The translations under genes and the position numbers were made by a program. Of a DNA stretch of 64,000 bases, positions 23,093 through 36,300 are shown piece by piece. The notes under the pieces are model-generated. The model ran no database searches. It was not told the DNA's origin and was given only the letters and a program-made list of their open reading frames with translations. Source of the stretch: Raillietiella orientalis (Eukaryota); the NCBI GenBank assembly GCA_036172245.1, contig JAYWIR010000004.1, positions 4,526,001 to 4,590,000 of the forward strand, read 5' to 3'. Numbering within the stretch: the stretch's first letter is position 1; each line of letters begins with the position of its first letter.

Positions 23093-23699
23093 CATAGAAA
23101 ATTTTTCTAAAAATTTTCTATGGGGACCATACGGTAGTGCTGTTCAGCTGCCTCAAACTTCCACAATCCAAAACAAATCAGCGCATTTTTTGTGTCGATG
23201 CGAATGCAGACTACACACGATCTTAAATGCTCTCAATGTACGCGCAGAGTGCGCAGGACCGCACTGCTCTCTAAGCGTTCCAAAGCGATGCTCTTAGATC
23301 TCCGACGTTTCGAAGAGATGAAGTTTCGAATAAATCATTTACGCGACATATACACAGCACATGCATAAGGTCACTTAATCCATGCATTCACGAGAAGTAG
23401 AGGAGAAGTTTCAGGTTTATGCATGGGAGGGAGTTTTTATGTTTATGGGAAAAGGCTCTGGTCCATGGCTTGCATAGGCCGCGTAGTCTTGAGAATTAAT
23501 AGGCAGATATTTACGGAGCCCACAATCAACCGAATGTTCCACATATCATGCGGCGGTTCCTCGCTAAAAAGGAATCTATGGGAAGTCAGGGAGAAACTGG
23601 AGCATTCTAGAGCGAATGCATGCGTAACTTGGGGTGCATGACGCCTGCACAAAGACAAATCGTCGCCTCCGTAGACATGTAATTGAATATTACATATAA

Positions 23700-23920
23700 G
23701 AAATCCGGGGGCACTTTTCCTGCAGACGAAACATGAGAAGATAAATACGAAATTCCTCGTGAAAACGGGTGCATTTGGGAGGTGACCCAGAATTTTTTTC
23801 TTGCGCATTCCACCGCAGATTTTGCACGGAGCCACTATCTGTTGCGATGAGTTGAAATTCATGATAACATTTGCCATTCGAAAACGAGGTAGGGTGTTTT
23901 TTTTTTTTTCTTCCTTTCTT
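23700..23920 (-). pseudogene. LINE ORF2 C-terminal relic
   Basis: LPRFRMAN...CKICGG...H in ORF 23443..23940 resembles the RxRxG(N/H)...CxxC...H C-terminal motif. Confidence 0.35.
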
Positions 23921-25899
23921 TTCACGGCAAGTGCTGCCAACTGACCTGATCAGATTATAGATGAAACGATCATCTTCTCGCACGAAGAGAGAAATCGAGA
24001 ATGTTCAAGGCAACTCTGTGATTCGCAGATCTAGCATTTTCCGAGACCAATCTTCCATGGTAATTGAAGTGCAGGCATGATCTGTTTGTAGCTTGCAAAC
24101 TTACCCTATAAAGCTTAGATTCGCATTAACACGAGTGTTAGCAGAAGCTCACTCGTAGATATCATATACGGCTAATGCTTAAATTTCCAATTTCGTAAGA
24201 GGGTGGGCTTTGACGTTGACCATTTGCTTTGACCTTTTGCTTCCGAGTCAGAAATGCGTGATTTCTGCTGCATCTCGAAGCTCGTACGATACAGTTTTAT
24301 AGTGTATTCCCAAGTGAATGTGTCACCTCCATGCTTTGTGCTGAGGTATCATTTACCTTTTGGTGTTCATTATAGTGTCTGATATTTATGTTTTGCAACT
24401 GCAGTTTTTGTTATTTTCTGTTGTTTTTAAATTTTGACATTTTCAGCTGTATAAAGTTTTAATTTCATTTCATCAAGAATAGTTATGGGTACTAATGAAT
24501 GTGCTCGTATAACGCGTTATACGAGACCCATGGATTTATATATATATGGCTTTGTTGGTATTTAATCAATTTAAACAGTTCGATTCGTTTCGACTCTATC
24601 GTTCTCTTTGTAGAAAGGTGTATCTCCTTAAGGTGTTCTATTCACGAGAACTTGAATGAGATGGAATTCAACCTACTCAAGTCATGTGTTCGTATGCTTT
24701 TTAAAAAGAGCTGAGCTGCCGCTACACCACAAAATGGAAATTTGCACACAAATGTTGTACGGGGCTCATTCACCGTGTTAAGTACGGACTACTGCAGCTT
24801 TTTTGCCTCGTCGTACTAATTTACTGTATTCGACTCGGCATTATACTGGGAGTCTATTCTATATGATGTAATACATCGACATTACATTAAGAATTTATCC
24901 ATCGAGGAAACATGCTTCTTTAATAACTGATATGAAATATAATATTTATAATAATGTTCTCGAGGGATGTAGAACATATGTTTTATGTATGAATGCCTTA
25001 AGTATTTATTGTGTATTGTGTATTTATATTATAATAAAGTGAGGAAGAGTTGGATTAAACAAATAAATTAAAATTTCTCAGAAATTAGTTTAATGTTTTT
25101 CATACAACAGCATGTGGACATTTCATACAACAGGATTTTTTAACATTATATTCTACAACCATTAGGTCGATTTTAGCCTCAGAATCTCAAGGTTTCCCAT
25201 TGTATTTATCACGCATGCACTAGATATTCGTAGCATACTAAAAACATATGAAGTAATCGAAAGAATTTGCCTTTTTTATTTTCAAATTACTTTAAGTACC
25301 AATCCCACTATATGATTCTCTGCATTTCATCGCAGCTTTGAGGCTCCTATGTTTCGTGGAAGTAATCGGGGAAAATGGAAAGCTTTGGCTTTCTAATCAC
25401 TGCATGATGGACGACATCCAGGCACTCACAAATGATAGCCAAAATCTGAAGCAGAGCAGCATCACTGAATGATGAACATGATTAATGAAGTTATAATTAA
25501 AATCACATTTAATAAAAAGATTCGATCAGATGAAAAAATCAGCATCCCAGAAAGCACAAGATGCCTTTGGAAATTCATGGTTACGATTGCCTCAGTACAG
25601 AGACCTCGAGCTAAGGAAGAGCAGAGTACACTGAAAATGTGGCTATCAAGAAGAATTCAGCGTTTTTCCTCTTTCTTTCACTTAAACGTTTTGCCGTCTA
25701 GAGATTTTTCTGACAAGATATCTGTAAGACCAGCTTTAGCAGCTGGCTGCGAACCTTCCATCCCAGTAATGTATTACAAGTGCACAATCCTGGAAACCGA
25801 ATTTCACACAATAATTTATTATTATTACTTTCAGTATTATATTGTGCCGTGCATTGTGAAATTTACGGGAAATATGCAAATACCACATTTTCACTGTCT

Positions 25900-27200
25900 C
25901 TTGTCGCCTAAAGTACCACAAATGCCCTTGATGAGGGCAAAAAATTACAAAATGTCTTTGTCCTGTTTAGAGGTTTCCATATCTCTAAACAGAATCATCT
26001 CCATGCCTCTTGGAAACACAGCAAGAGGGATAGTCTCTATCGAAAAGTCCTGACATCATTTTTGGCAGCACGAGTTTGTAGGGATATGACGAGAGAAATC
26101 AAGGAACACGGAGTCTTCACGGTGGAAAAAACAGGCTGCAGGAGGATTTCGATAACTGGAGAGTCCGCTAAGATCGATCCAACGATGGCAGGGAATTCGA
26201 GTAGCACTGAGCAGAGGAAATCAAGAAAGACCAATGTAGATTCATTGTGCAGGACCGTTTTGCAGCATCCTAAAGCAATTGAGTTTCGTACGTACGTTTG
26301 AGCACAAGGGAACACAGTACCAGGAGAATGGGAAAAAACACTTCGAGCCCACATGTAGACACACGCCTCGTCCGAAATAGAGGTAACTTATGAGGGTTTC
26401 AGAAACTCTGCTTCGGTAAAGGAAGCAGGAACCGATAGAGAACACCAGGATGCACGCAGATCCAAGAGTTTTGATAAACAAACTCTTCAATTTTCACGGA
26501 TTGCTTGGGCTTCCGGGAATCTCAAAAGCGGAAAGCAAAACTGGATAAATGGAACTTATGAACTGTACGAAATTCTATTTTGAAACAGCTCGAGAGTGCT
26601 TCAATTCACTGAGGGGGTAGTCATTACAGAGATATCAGTTTCTAATGGTAACTCGGCGTCTCCAGAAATGATTTGTTTTTTGTTTTCGGACGACTTTCTC
26701 GAAACTCTGGTGTCAACATCGTGTGCACTTCATAAGTATATATACCTACCTATGCAAACTTGCCTGGATGAGCTAGCTTGAAATCCTGGTAGACTTGGTA
26801 GGGATCACTCCTTGCAGGGGATCCGAATTAAATTCGTGCGAATGAAGTACCTTAACAGCTAGCGCTTTTACATCTTCAACGCTCTTTCCAGGCGTCGGCC
26901 CCAAAATATGAGACTTTCCTGCGGAATATTTTACATTTGGAGTTCTAAGGAGAGGTTCTTAGTGAGCCATTCACATGGTGCTTCCGCCCAGATGGAACAA
27001 TTCTTTTCCAAGTAGATGGACTTGCCTTCATCCATTCGGAATGAACACAGAAGCTGGAATCTTCCTCATTTCTGAAACTACATTATGTTCAGTGGCAGTA
27101 AACACAAAAAACCTTATTAATTAAGAACACGAAATCCAACTGAAGCTTTAGAATAAAATAGACAAGTCTTCTTGTCTGTTTCTTCTCATAAAGCATGCGT
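25900..27200 (+). pseudogene. Old LINE RT relic (RTE/L2-like)
   Basis: NALDEGKKLQNVFVLF, FTVEKTGCRR (like TGVRQG), ICFLFSDD...ALHKYI (YADD-like; ORF 26596..26781) and FLRNILHL. Confidence 0.45.
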
Positions 27201-27314
27201 GGCCCCTTTCAAGAATTTCTAGAAAGGGAAACCGACTGTGTCAATCGCTGTTTAAGTGATCGTCTAGTTATCTGCAGCTTCGAAAACGTTGTGCTCGCAC
27301 AACATGAAGATCTT
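26813..27314 (+). repeat. Left arm of a ~0.5-kb inverted repeat
   Basis: Reverse complement of 28192-28687 with only a handful of substitutions and indels. ORFs 27195(+) and 28304(-) begin with an identical MRGPFQEFLERETDCVNRCLSDRLVICSFENVV. Confidence 0.97.
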
Positions 27315-28191
27315 CCTTGCTATTCGGATGAAGATGAAAACAAATCTCACAGATTTCAAACGTTCACATTTTTTTTTATTTTTATTTTTTTTAAAAAAGA
27401 ATTTTTTCGCAGTGTTTTAACATTCAAACTGCACCCTCATCATAAAGATTCTGCCACGAGATCACTGTGTCGATAATCTCATTCATCATCCGTAACTTCA
27501 AAGTGGCCCACAAATATAAAAGGAATTCCGCTCTTCCAAGTGCTTGCGGGCTTTTTTGATTGACCATCCTTCACAGCATTTCGGGATTATCGGATTACCA
27601 TGTTTCTTTTGGGCTGGTCTTGTGGATCAACTCGTCTCACATCGGACGCAGCACTCACTTTGAAACTTCCAATTTGGATTTCTGGAAAACTGGATTTGGT
27701 GATGGTGAAAAGCTGAGGGACGGAATTCTCTTGGACGAATTGGATTGTCCATCTGTGATTCGATTACCGAGCAGCCTTTTTCAATTGCATTTCCTCGTGG
27801 CGCGTTTACATGGCAGCACGTTAGATTTTGGCTCCTTCTGACGCGAAGGAAAAGCGCAACCGAGAACTGAAGGGTTACACGGAGGAACACGGAAAGGACT
27901 TGGAACTCTGCGGAGAGGAGAGCTCGGATAAACCCATGGAGCATGGGCCATGGAGTGGACGCCTTCCGTCAGAGTTTCTCGGCTCTGTTCTCTGGACACA
28001 TCCAGTTGGTCGCGAGTCGAATTTCCGTCCATCAGAGAAGCGATATTTTTTGTTTTGAAGACAGAAGAACACGGAGACACTCGAAACATGGCTACAGATC
28101 TGTTTCTTTCGCTGTTGGGCGTAAGAGTATGATTGATCTCCAGATCTGAATGATTGTCTGTGGATCAACTTGATTTCCTCGGCAGGGTGCA

Positions 28192-28687
28192 AAGATCATG
28201 TTGTGCACAACGTTTTCGAAGCTGCAGATAACTAGACGATCACTTAAACAGCGATTGACACAGTCGGTTTCCCTTTCTAGAAATTCTTGAAAGGGGCCAC
28301 GCATGCTTTATGAGAAGAAACAGACAAGAAGACTTGTCTATTTTATTCTAAAGCTTCAGTTGGATTTCGTGTTCTTAATTAATAAGGTTTTCTTGTGTTT
28401 ACTGCCACTGAACATAATGTAGTTTCAGAAAGGAGGAAGATTCCAGCTTCTGTGTTCATTCCGAATGGATGAAGGCAAGTCCGTCTACTTGGAAAAGAAT
28501 TGTTCCATCTGGGCGGAAGCACCATGTGAATGGCTCACTAAGAACCTCTTCTTAGAACTCCAAATGTAAAATATTCCGCAGGAAAGTCTCACATTTTGGG
28601 GCCGACGCCTGGAAAGGGCGTTGAAGATGTAAAAGCGCTAGCTGTTAAGGTACTTCATTCGCACGAATTTAATTCGGATCCCCTGCA
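28192..28687 (-). repeat. Right arm of the ~0.5-kb inverted repeat (spacer ~880 bp)
   Basis: Matches the left arm. Outer ends are TGCAGGGGATCC / GGATCCCCTGCA. Confidence 0.97.
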
Positions 28688-29299
28688 TGAGACCCTCATC
28701 CCTGGAATTGGATCTTTAAAACTGAAAAAGCAATTTAATGCGAGGAAAATCGGTGCCGATTTTCTCATTTCAAGAGAACAAAATGCATTTCATTTCACAG
28801 CTCATGCCAGAACAACTTTTTTTTTGGCATCAAATCAATCGCCTAGGCATCACCAGCCAGGTTCCAGAAGAACTTTTTCTCAAAATACGGACGGAAGGCT
28901 GAGCTTGAATCTCCAAAGTGACATATGTAGGAAAAATTGCAGTTTTCTTTCGAAGAAACAAGGAATTTAGGAAGATAGGATAGAGAAGAATGCTCAAATT
29001 ACCAGGGTGACCTCTAGTGTCATGAAGAAGCCAATTTCAGTGATGCTTTGAGCAAACAGCTCTTTGAAGTGTGAGCTCTTGAAGACATGGATTTCCAATA
29101 AGCGCCTTTAAAGTAGATGGATGTATAAAAATATTCCATTTTGATATATCCATATCATTATTTGCTGAACTGAGCTCCTGAGAACTGTTTTCGCCTCCGT
29201 GCAGATTCACCGAGGTCTTACGACAGCGTGTGGAGTGTGGAGTGGAATTGCGCAAGCACAGCGCTCCATAGAAACACATAACAGAAAATTCCATAAATA

Positions 29300-29700
29300 G
29301 AGAAAAATGTTTTCCCCCTCGATCAATTCTCATTGCACTTCTTACACAAAAAGCTACTATTCGTCTACTGAGTTTCCAAATCATCTGGAACAACTGGGAA
29401 TCGGAATTAAGCATGTGTACCTTCAATGAAGAACTCATCCAATGGTTTCGTGAGCTCGCGATTCGAAAGAACTGCTCCCAGAAAGATTTTAAGCATTTGC
29501 TTTGGCACATCCCGGAGCTCGATTTTTTGGAGATGCTATGGAGATCCGTAGCTTCTTAGAACCAAGCAATTCACTTCGCTGGACTCAGTATTTTCTCCAT
29601 AGGCGAGGAACAAATTTTGCATAAGATGAACTCGCTGCACATATCCGTTAAGGTCTATGATGAATTTTGTGGTCCATCCACATAGGATATAAATAAGCAA
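29300..29700 (+). pseudogene. L1-like ORF2 C-terminal relic
   Basis: A plus frame reads FQIIWNNWES...KNCSQKDFKHLLWHIPELDFLEMLWRSV, resembling HxFWxCPxLxxFWxxV. Confidence 0.35.
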
Positions 29701-32329
29701 AAGCATCGCCAAGCGTTTTTGAGAAACTGCCTCTATAATTATGAGTGATCATTGGGAACTTTTAGTTGTCTTTCGTAATGAATAAATATTCCACAATGGC
29801 ATTCTCTTATGCTACACAATTTTATGCTTCCAATTTTTGCATTTTTGAATTTGTTTCCAAAAATCTTAAAGCAAGTTGATTTTCGCTGTCGGTCTTCAGC
29901 ATCGTTAAGAAATCTTCTGGTGTAACAGTAACTTCTTCAGCTTACCCATCGGAATGAAATTCACCGGAAAAGCTTGGTAATTGAAACAGAAGCTATCAAA
30001 TGTGTCCAGGAATCGATTTTTCGTTTGCTTCTTTTCCCAGTAACACACTGAAATATAAACACAACGTGTGCAATCTCTTTCTGTATGGACGGAAGACATT
30101 TCAAAGAATAATGTGGTACTCCATTTTCAACCTCTGATCACACTTCAATAGTTGAAAGAGAGGATTATTCGGGCCTAGTAGACCGTGCTGGGCAAAAATT
30201 GGAGTTTCTTTCAAATAGACACCGAAAAGCCTCACCATGATTCCTTTATGCAAATTTCAAAACGTGGGATTATGAGAGACCTCTCTATTATTCAGTATGG
30301 CCTCCTAATGCCTCTTCTGCGAAGAGGTTTTTTTTCAGCTGTATAAGACGTATGTAGTTGCATGTACTTCACTTCTGTCAGTATCAGGAAAGATACCTGG
30401 AATCCAATTTTGTTATTGGTTTTCCTTTTTTGGAAGGACATCTTTGGTGACAGAAAACAAAATGATGTTTCGCCAGTAATGAGTATTGATTAATGAACGT
30501 AAATAAGGAATGCGGAGGAGGTTACCGCACTCTGAATTAATGATTCAATCATATTTGTCTTCATTAGTTTATGGAATGGATGCATGAAGTCTAATTTCAG
30601 TTGCTAAGTGCATGTTTCTCATTGCTAAAGTCACCTATTGTCACAATGGAATCTGCAGCACTATAATTCACGACTGCTGTTTACATCCCGAAACATCCAT
30701 CACTCATCTAATGGGTATACGAAGAGCATTACTAATTTTTCTAATCCACAACTCGCGCATGTTTGGTAATATCGTCAATGCTTCTAGACAGCGGGAGATT
30801 TAGATGAAGAAAATAAATAAAAATGAACTGACAACGTGTACATACAGGGAAAAAGAATGAAATCTTAATTTAGTGCGTTTCTTCATCTTTTTGTTTAGGA
30901 AACGTTCCCGTAACTAAGTGAGATTCGTTCATCGCTCCAGGAGAAGTCTCAGCTTCAGAGAGGCTCATCCATGTCTTTCAGTGGAAACACAGCATGATGC
31001 ATTTGATCGATGGATTCACGACTAATAAGCACCAGAGTTCTGAGGACGAAATGAAGATAGCAGACATCGGATAAAAGGATTTATGGTGCGAATGAGATGT
31101 GCAATTTTCATGCTTACCGTGAGTAGCCCGAGAGATTATAACTCCCAGGAAAAAGTGAATTTCCGGTCTTCGAAGCCGTGCTACGACGAAGGAAGGACGT
31201 GTGGTATGCATCTTATCAATATGAATACAGGAAGTGCTGAAGTGAAGAGAAGCATTGAAAAGGGACTTTTATTAGAGTAATGGAAGTGAGCATGAAAAAA
31301 TGATTCAGAAACCCAACCGGAAGATTCCAGTGCTTGGTTTAATCAAAGTCTAATACCTCGGAAAGTTTGATTTGCATGAAAGTTCAAATGCATAATAATA
31401 AAAAAGCTTTTATGGAAATGTGCAAGTTATGCATAGCTGTCAGAAACAAACAGGAGCTGCAAATTACTCTGAAGAGACATTACGATTGCTATTTTAGCTT
31501 AGCAGAATGGAAGGTGCTCCTACCTTTTTTTTTTTGTCTGCTAAATTTGCATGTTTTGTAGCCTAGCCACTGATCTTTATCAAAGGTCTGGTGCAAACAG
31601 CATCTGCGATCATAAATCCTACTGTGCTCTTAACCAAGGGTACTAAAAGGGTTTCTAATTCCCGAATCAGTACCAGCACCAAAGTAAAAAACAAAAAAAG
31701 CAGTTTTATATTGGAATCATTTTTTTTGAAAATGAAATTTGAAAAAACGATTCTGTTTCTCAAAAACAGGGACCTCCGTTAAAACAAGCGAAAGACGATG
31801 TTAGATGGAGCTAAAATTGGATTTCTTCTGACGAAGTCCAACATTTGCGAGAAAGAAGCTGCGTTCATGTTAATCAAGCTGTGCAGTCAATTCAGGAAGA
31901 CATTTTTCCATCATCTTAGCTTGTCTGCTCTCTTCAATTCACCCTCATGACGGGGACCGTGATTCACCAGGGCGAAAAACTCATCCCTTTGCTTCTAACG
32001 TGCATCTCAGGAACACCGGATCAGCTTCATTCCTCTTTCGATGTGGCCTTTCTGCCCACTCGGAACGTTCGATCCCTTCGGTACTTCGCTGCTCGCCCGA
32101 TCCCGAGATCCACATAAACTCTCTAACGCAACAGTCAGAGCCAAAGACCACTCCGGAACACTTATTGAATTCCATAGAAACAAAGCATCAAGGAGATGCT
32201 TTCTAAGTACAATACCGGGGGCACAGAGTCGTAGGTCGGAGGAGGTACAGTAAGAGAGGAGTAGGGAGCGAAAAAAATAAACACATGAAGATCTTACGTC
32301 AACAAATAGGAAAGAGGGAATTCGCGGGA

Positions 32330-33552
32330 TGCGACTGTGTTTCAGAGTAGCTCAGTGAAGGGAGGGAGGAGAGCGAGCCATCATGCATTTGACCCGAGCC
32401 TATCTTACAATTTTCTGAGATGCAGGCGGAGCTTCCCCTCATTCGGGGAGGAGATGAGACCATCTTGCCGCCCTCCTTACTATGGAGGGGATGAAACAGG
32501 CGGCTTTCCTTTGACACGGTTTAGCAGCACCGTTGCGGAGAAGGTCGCTGATGCTGCTCGCATGCAGAGCACCACCTCCAGCATCCGGGAGCTCAAGAAT
32601 CTCTGAGATGTAAGAACCTCTGCGGAATTGCTGAGAGGAGTCTGGGGTGCAAGAGGACTGCTGCCACGCCAAGTTCCTCCTTGTCACTGCCAAGGAGGAA
32701 CTCGCAGTCCAACAACAGATGTGATGGAGACTCAACTCAACTTCGAGATGTGATGCTGCCCTGGCACAGGTCAAGGACGCGTTTTCTATTCTCCAGAGAA
32801 CCTGACTGCTAGATGCCAGCCAACGGGATGGGAGTTCTTGCGCTCCACAACAGTTTGCCTACTTGACAGCACCCTGTGCCTCCGCGGAAGGACTGCGTCT
32901 CCGAGACAATCTTCAGGACATTCACCGTCCGAATTCGTGGTCCTTTCCTCTTGTGTGGGCGGCTCCGTGCTCTCCTTCAAGAGGTATAGCATGCAGCTTC
33001 GCCTTTCGTGCACTGCGGTTGCCCGCACAACCGGCTCGAACATCGTCTGATGAGCGTCTTTTCGGACTGTGGCAAGTGCGGGGAAGCAGGCACGCGGCTC
33101 TCTCCCTCTCCCTCTGGACCGTGGAGCTCCCTGGAACATGTAGGAAGCGCCCCGAGGCTGGAAGCATTCCCGGGGAAACGGACTACAGAGCTGCTTTCAG
33201 GCAAGGAGGATATTCGCCTGCCGCCTGGATCTCAACCTTGCATGGCATCGAAAGGACAATGGATGCATTCAACGCCCAGGAGGCGTTCCAGTCCACAGAC
33301 GGAAGACCACGAGCTTCGCTTCCTCCATGGGGAGGCCTTTGGAGAAGCGGCCGGTCGCACTGCAGTGAGAAGTGAAGGGAGAGAGGATGCCTGCATCGCA
33401 CTCAGGCTCCACAAGACGCGGCTCCTGCATTTCTCCCTTATTTATCCATTTTATTTCTTATCCTCTTTTCTTAATCCTCGAGAACTTTGTGTGTAGCCAA
33501 CCAGCGGTCTTGAAGTCCAACGCTACAGAAAATGAACTGCTTGGTGTGACAA
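32330..33552 (+). mobile_element. 5'-truncated Tx1-like LINE (ORF2 C-terminus + 3' UTR; element C)
   Basis: CRPPYYGG (like LxxPxxxGG) and CGKCGEAG. 33180-33510 is homologous to the reverse complement of 50330-50700 (e.g. tttctcc(c/t)ttatttatccattttatttcttatcctct). Ends ...GGTGTGACAA. Confidence 0.75.
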
Positions 33553-35149
33553 GAGTCGTGCTGATAATGGAGATGGCATAGTTGCATGGAAAACCCCAAG
33601 GTAAAAACAGACCCGCTGCATGCTGTTCGCTAGATGGGAAGGACTGAGCGGCCCATAGGAATTAGGGGAGCACCAATTCATCGGAAGGGATGTCAAAAGT
33701 GTCTGTCCAACCTGATTGGGCTCGAATGCTAGTTGTCGCGGAGTTTTGTGGATGACCGCTGTCTAACCACTCAGGGAGTTCCTCACTTCTGCGTCAGCAG
33801 AAGTCCTCATTCAGTCTAGCCCTTCCATAGGAACGACAAGGCTGTGGCCAGGGGACTAGAGGTGGAGCGTGGCCACGTCTTGGGGTCCGTGGTGTCTCCA
33901 GCAGAGGAACTCTGAAGTCTGAAATGTCAAGGCAGAGCGTGGTATTTGTGAACTGATCCGCAGGATCCTCTGCCTGATATCCACGCCCCTGAAGCTATAT
34001 GTTAGAATTAACCGATCTGTAGGAGATTCATGGGTGCTTCCATATCAGAGAAGCTTTCGAGGAGAATCTCAAGGGCTTCGGTGGTTAGGTTCTCGAAGGA
34101 GGAGAGGGCTATCCTCCTACAGCCGATCACACTGAGTGGGATGCTGGATCAGGTTTCTGCGAAGAGGAATTCTCCTTTAGGTACTCCCAAGGTACCGTTA
34201 AGTACCACTCATGGGTATCCCCGAGAGGATCGAATCCGACCGCCCTGCCCACGTCGCTCCGTCGACTTCATTCTGTTTGCAGTCGCATCCGCTTTCCCTT
34301 GCGTGTCATCTTGAAAAATCCCTTCAGCGACGCCGCCAAAGCGGCATAGGGAACAGCGGAACGAGTTCTCCTGCGTGAGGCGAATGGCCAGCGTGTAGGG
34401 GCAGGATACAGCAGGGTCGTCAGAAACTCCCTCAGTGCACACTCGAGAGAAGCCCTGGAGAGTCAGGGGCTCTGGATGTCTCGTAAAATCCCGCGAGGGT
34501 TCTCCATACGCTTGATGGCTGGTAAAACCAATGCGGATGAGTGAATCGCTTCACGCGGAAGACTGAGACGCAATCAAACCATGGTCAACGGAGGACCAAG
34601 GATGTGTCTTAAGGATTCTTTACACACGACACACGCCCTGCATGTGGGATCGGGGCCCTTTCTGGCGGGAGACACCCTCACAATAATAGATTTAGTAGTG
34701 CTGCATGCATAAATCTAATCTCGGGTCATGAGTCCTCCTCGCGTTTGCAAATCGGACGAGTTCTCTGTCGAGCAGAAAGTACCCTGAAGCAGGATGCTGT
34801 CCAAAGCAGGACATGCTCCTCCCTCGACACGGATACCTTGCAATAAGTTCATGCTGCCTGAAGCCGGATCATGCGCAGTCCGGAGGTAATTTTCTTCCTC
34901 ACATGTATAGCAAAAGTGGAGTCTTTGCTCGCAATTTCCGGTACTTCCTTTTCGAAAGTCCATTTTTTCAGGGTGCTTCGCTGTCTACCTGAAGATGCTT
35001 ATGATGTCTCCGCTTGCCCATTCGGACCTTCGTCGATCACACCAGACATGGAATCCCTAAGTTCTTATCGCTGTCGCTTCCTCGGGACTAATTGTAAAGT
35101 TCCGGGATACTCTTGCATAGCTTGATCCGGCGAAGTTAAAAGTCGTTAG

Positions 35150-36300
35150 CAACGATCTATCTGTAGAGGAGTTTGCCACACCTTTCAGGGGCATTATATA
35201 GGCCGAAACATCTCTCCAGTCTGCTGGCATACGCAGAAATCACTCGCTCCCTGTGATAAGTTGATGCATCAATTCACCAACTTGCCAGGCAGGCGCTGTC
35301 TGATGCTGCGGCTCAGGAGTCATCAGTGTTTCCTCTTGAACTTTCCCATCTGGTGGCAGTGAACTACGACTGCAAAGATAAAAGGTTCTGATCTCATATG
35401 CAGGAGGAGTTCAGTTTTTGCCGTGGAGGCGATCCGCAAATTCGTTGTGAAGAGCGTTTCGACTAGGATGTGCTGTCGGGTGAACTTTGATCAAATAGGT
35501 GCAACCCAAGCGGTTTTTGCTGGGTACTCGTATGCCTCGCAGTTATTCAGTAACAGGATGTTGCTTTCTCCGATCTTGAAAGCTGCAAGAACAACTTTCA
35601 ACTTATTTGCTTAGAGTTCTTGCTCTCAGTGCAATGCCGAGCGCATTTGTTTGGATAAATGAATGACCCAGTTTGGGGTGCATGGAGCATGGAGTGGACG
35701 AAAGTATTCAGAAGGTGCATCTCCCCATTCCGCCATCAATACCAGATGATCTACATAAGTTGGTTCAGTCTCCTCTCCTACGAATAACGATCTCTTCTGC
35801 TAAATTGAGTAGCATAAATCTGAGAGGGCATCCCTGACTCACTCCCCCGTGAATCCTTGTGGCTTGATGTTCCGATTGAGAAAACATGTAGACATCCGTG
35901 TGCAAGCCCTTTACGATTTCTTTGAACATTTAACCCACTTTACTCCCCCAAAAGCCCTGTACAGCATTTCACTTAGGACTGTTCGGAAGAAACGGTGAGA
36001 TGATGTGCGTGCCCTGCGGGATGATGTAGTGTGGTGGAGCCTCGTCTGCACAACAAATTTCATCCGAAGAACTCCTTGTGTGGTAAGATAGTCCTTTCTG
36101 CTACAGCCGGAAGAATGACCGAGTGGTAATTCATTCTCGCGGTCTCTGAGAGAGGCACTCTTTTCTCTGCCCAGTTATCTCTTCCGTTGCTCAAGATAAT
36201 TTCGAGAGTAGACTGTCCTGTTTCCGACACTCCGGGTTCTCGCCAAGACACATGCCGGAGGCATAAGATAACATTGAAGCTCCTGTATCCGTCGACTTCC
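35150..36300 (-). pseudogene. Non-LTR RT relic, R2/NeSL-like (L1 clade not excluded)
   Basis: IHGGVSQGCPLRFMLLNLAEEIVIR (about 35780-35856), followed after a frameshift by YVDHLVLMA (like YADDLVLxA). Confidence 0.6.

Noticed and set aside
25469..26053. 194-aa ORF as a gene
   Set aside because: No domain and atypical composition (poly-Tyr from an AT tract). It overlaps an RT relic in another frame.
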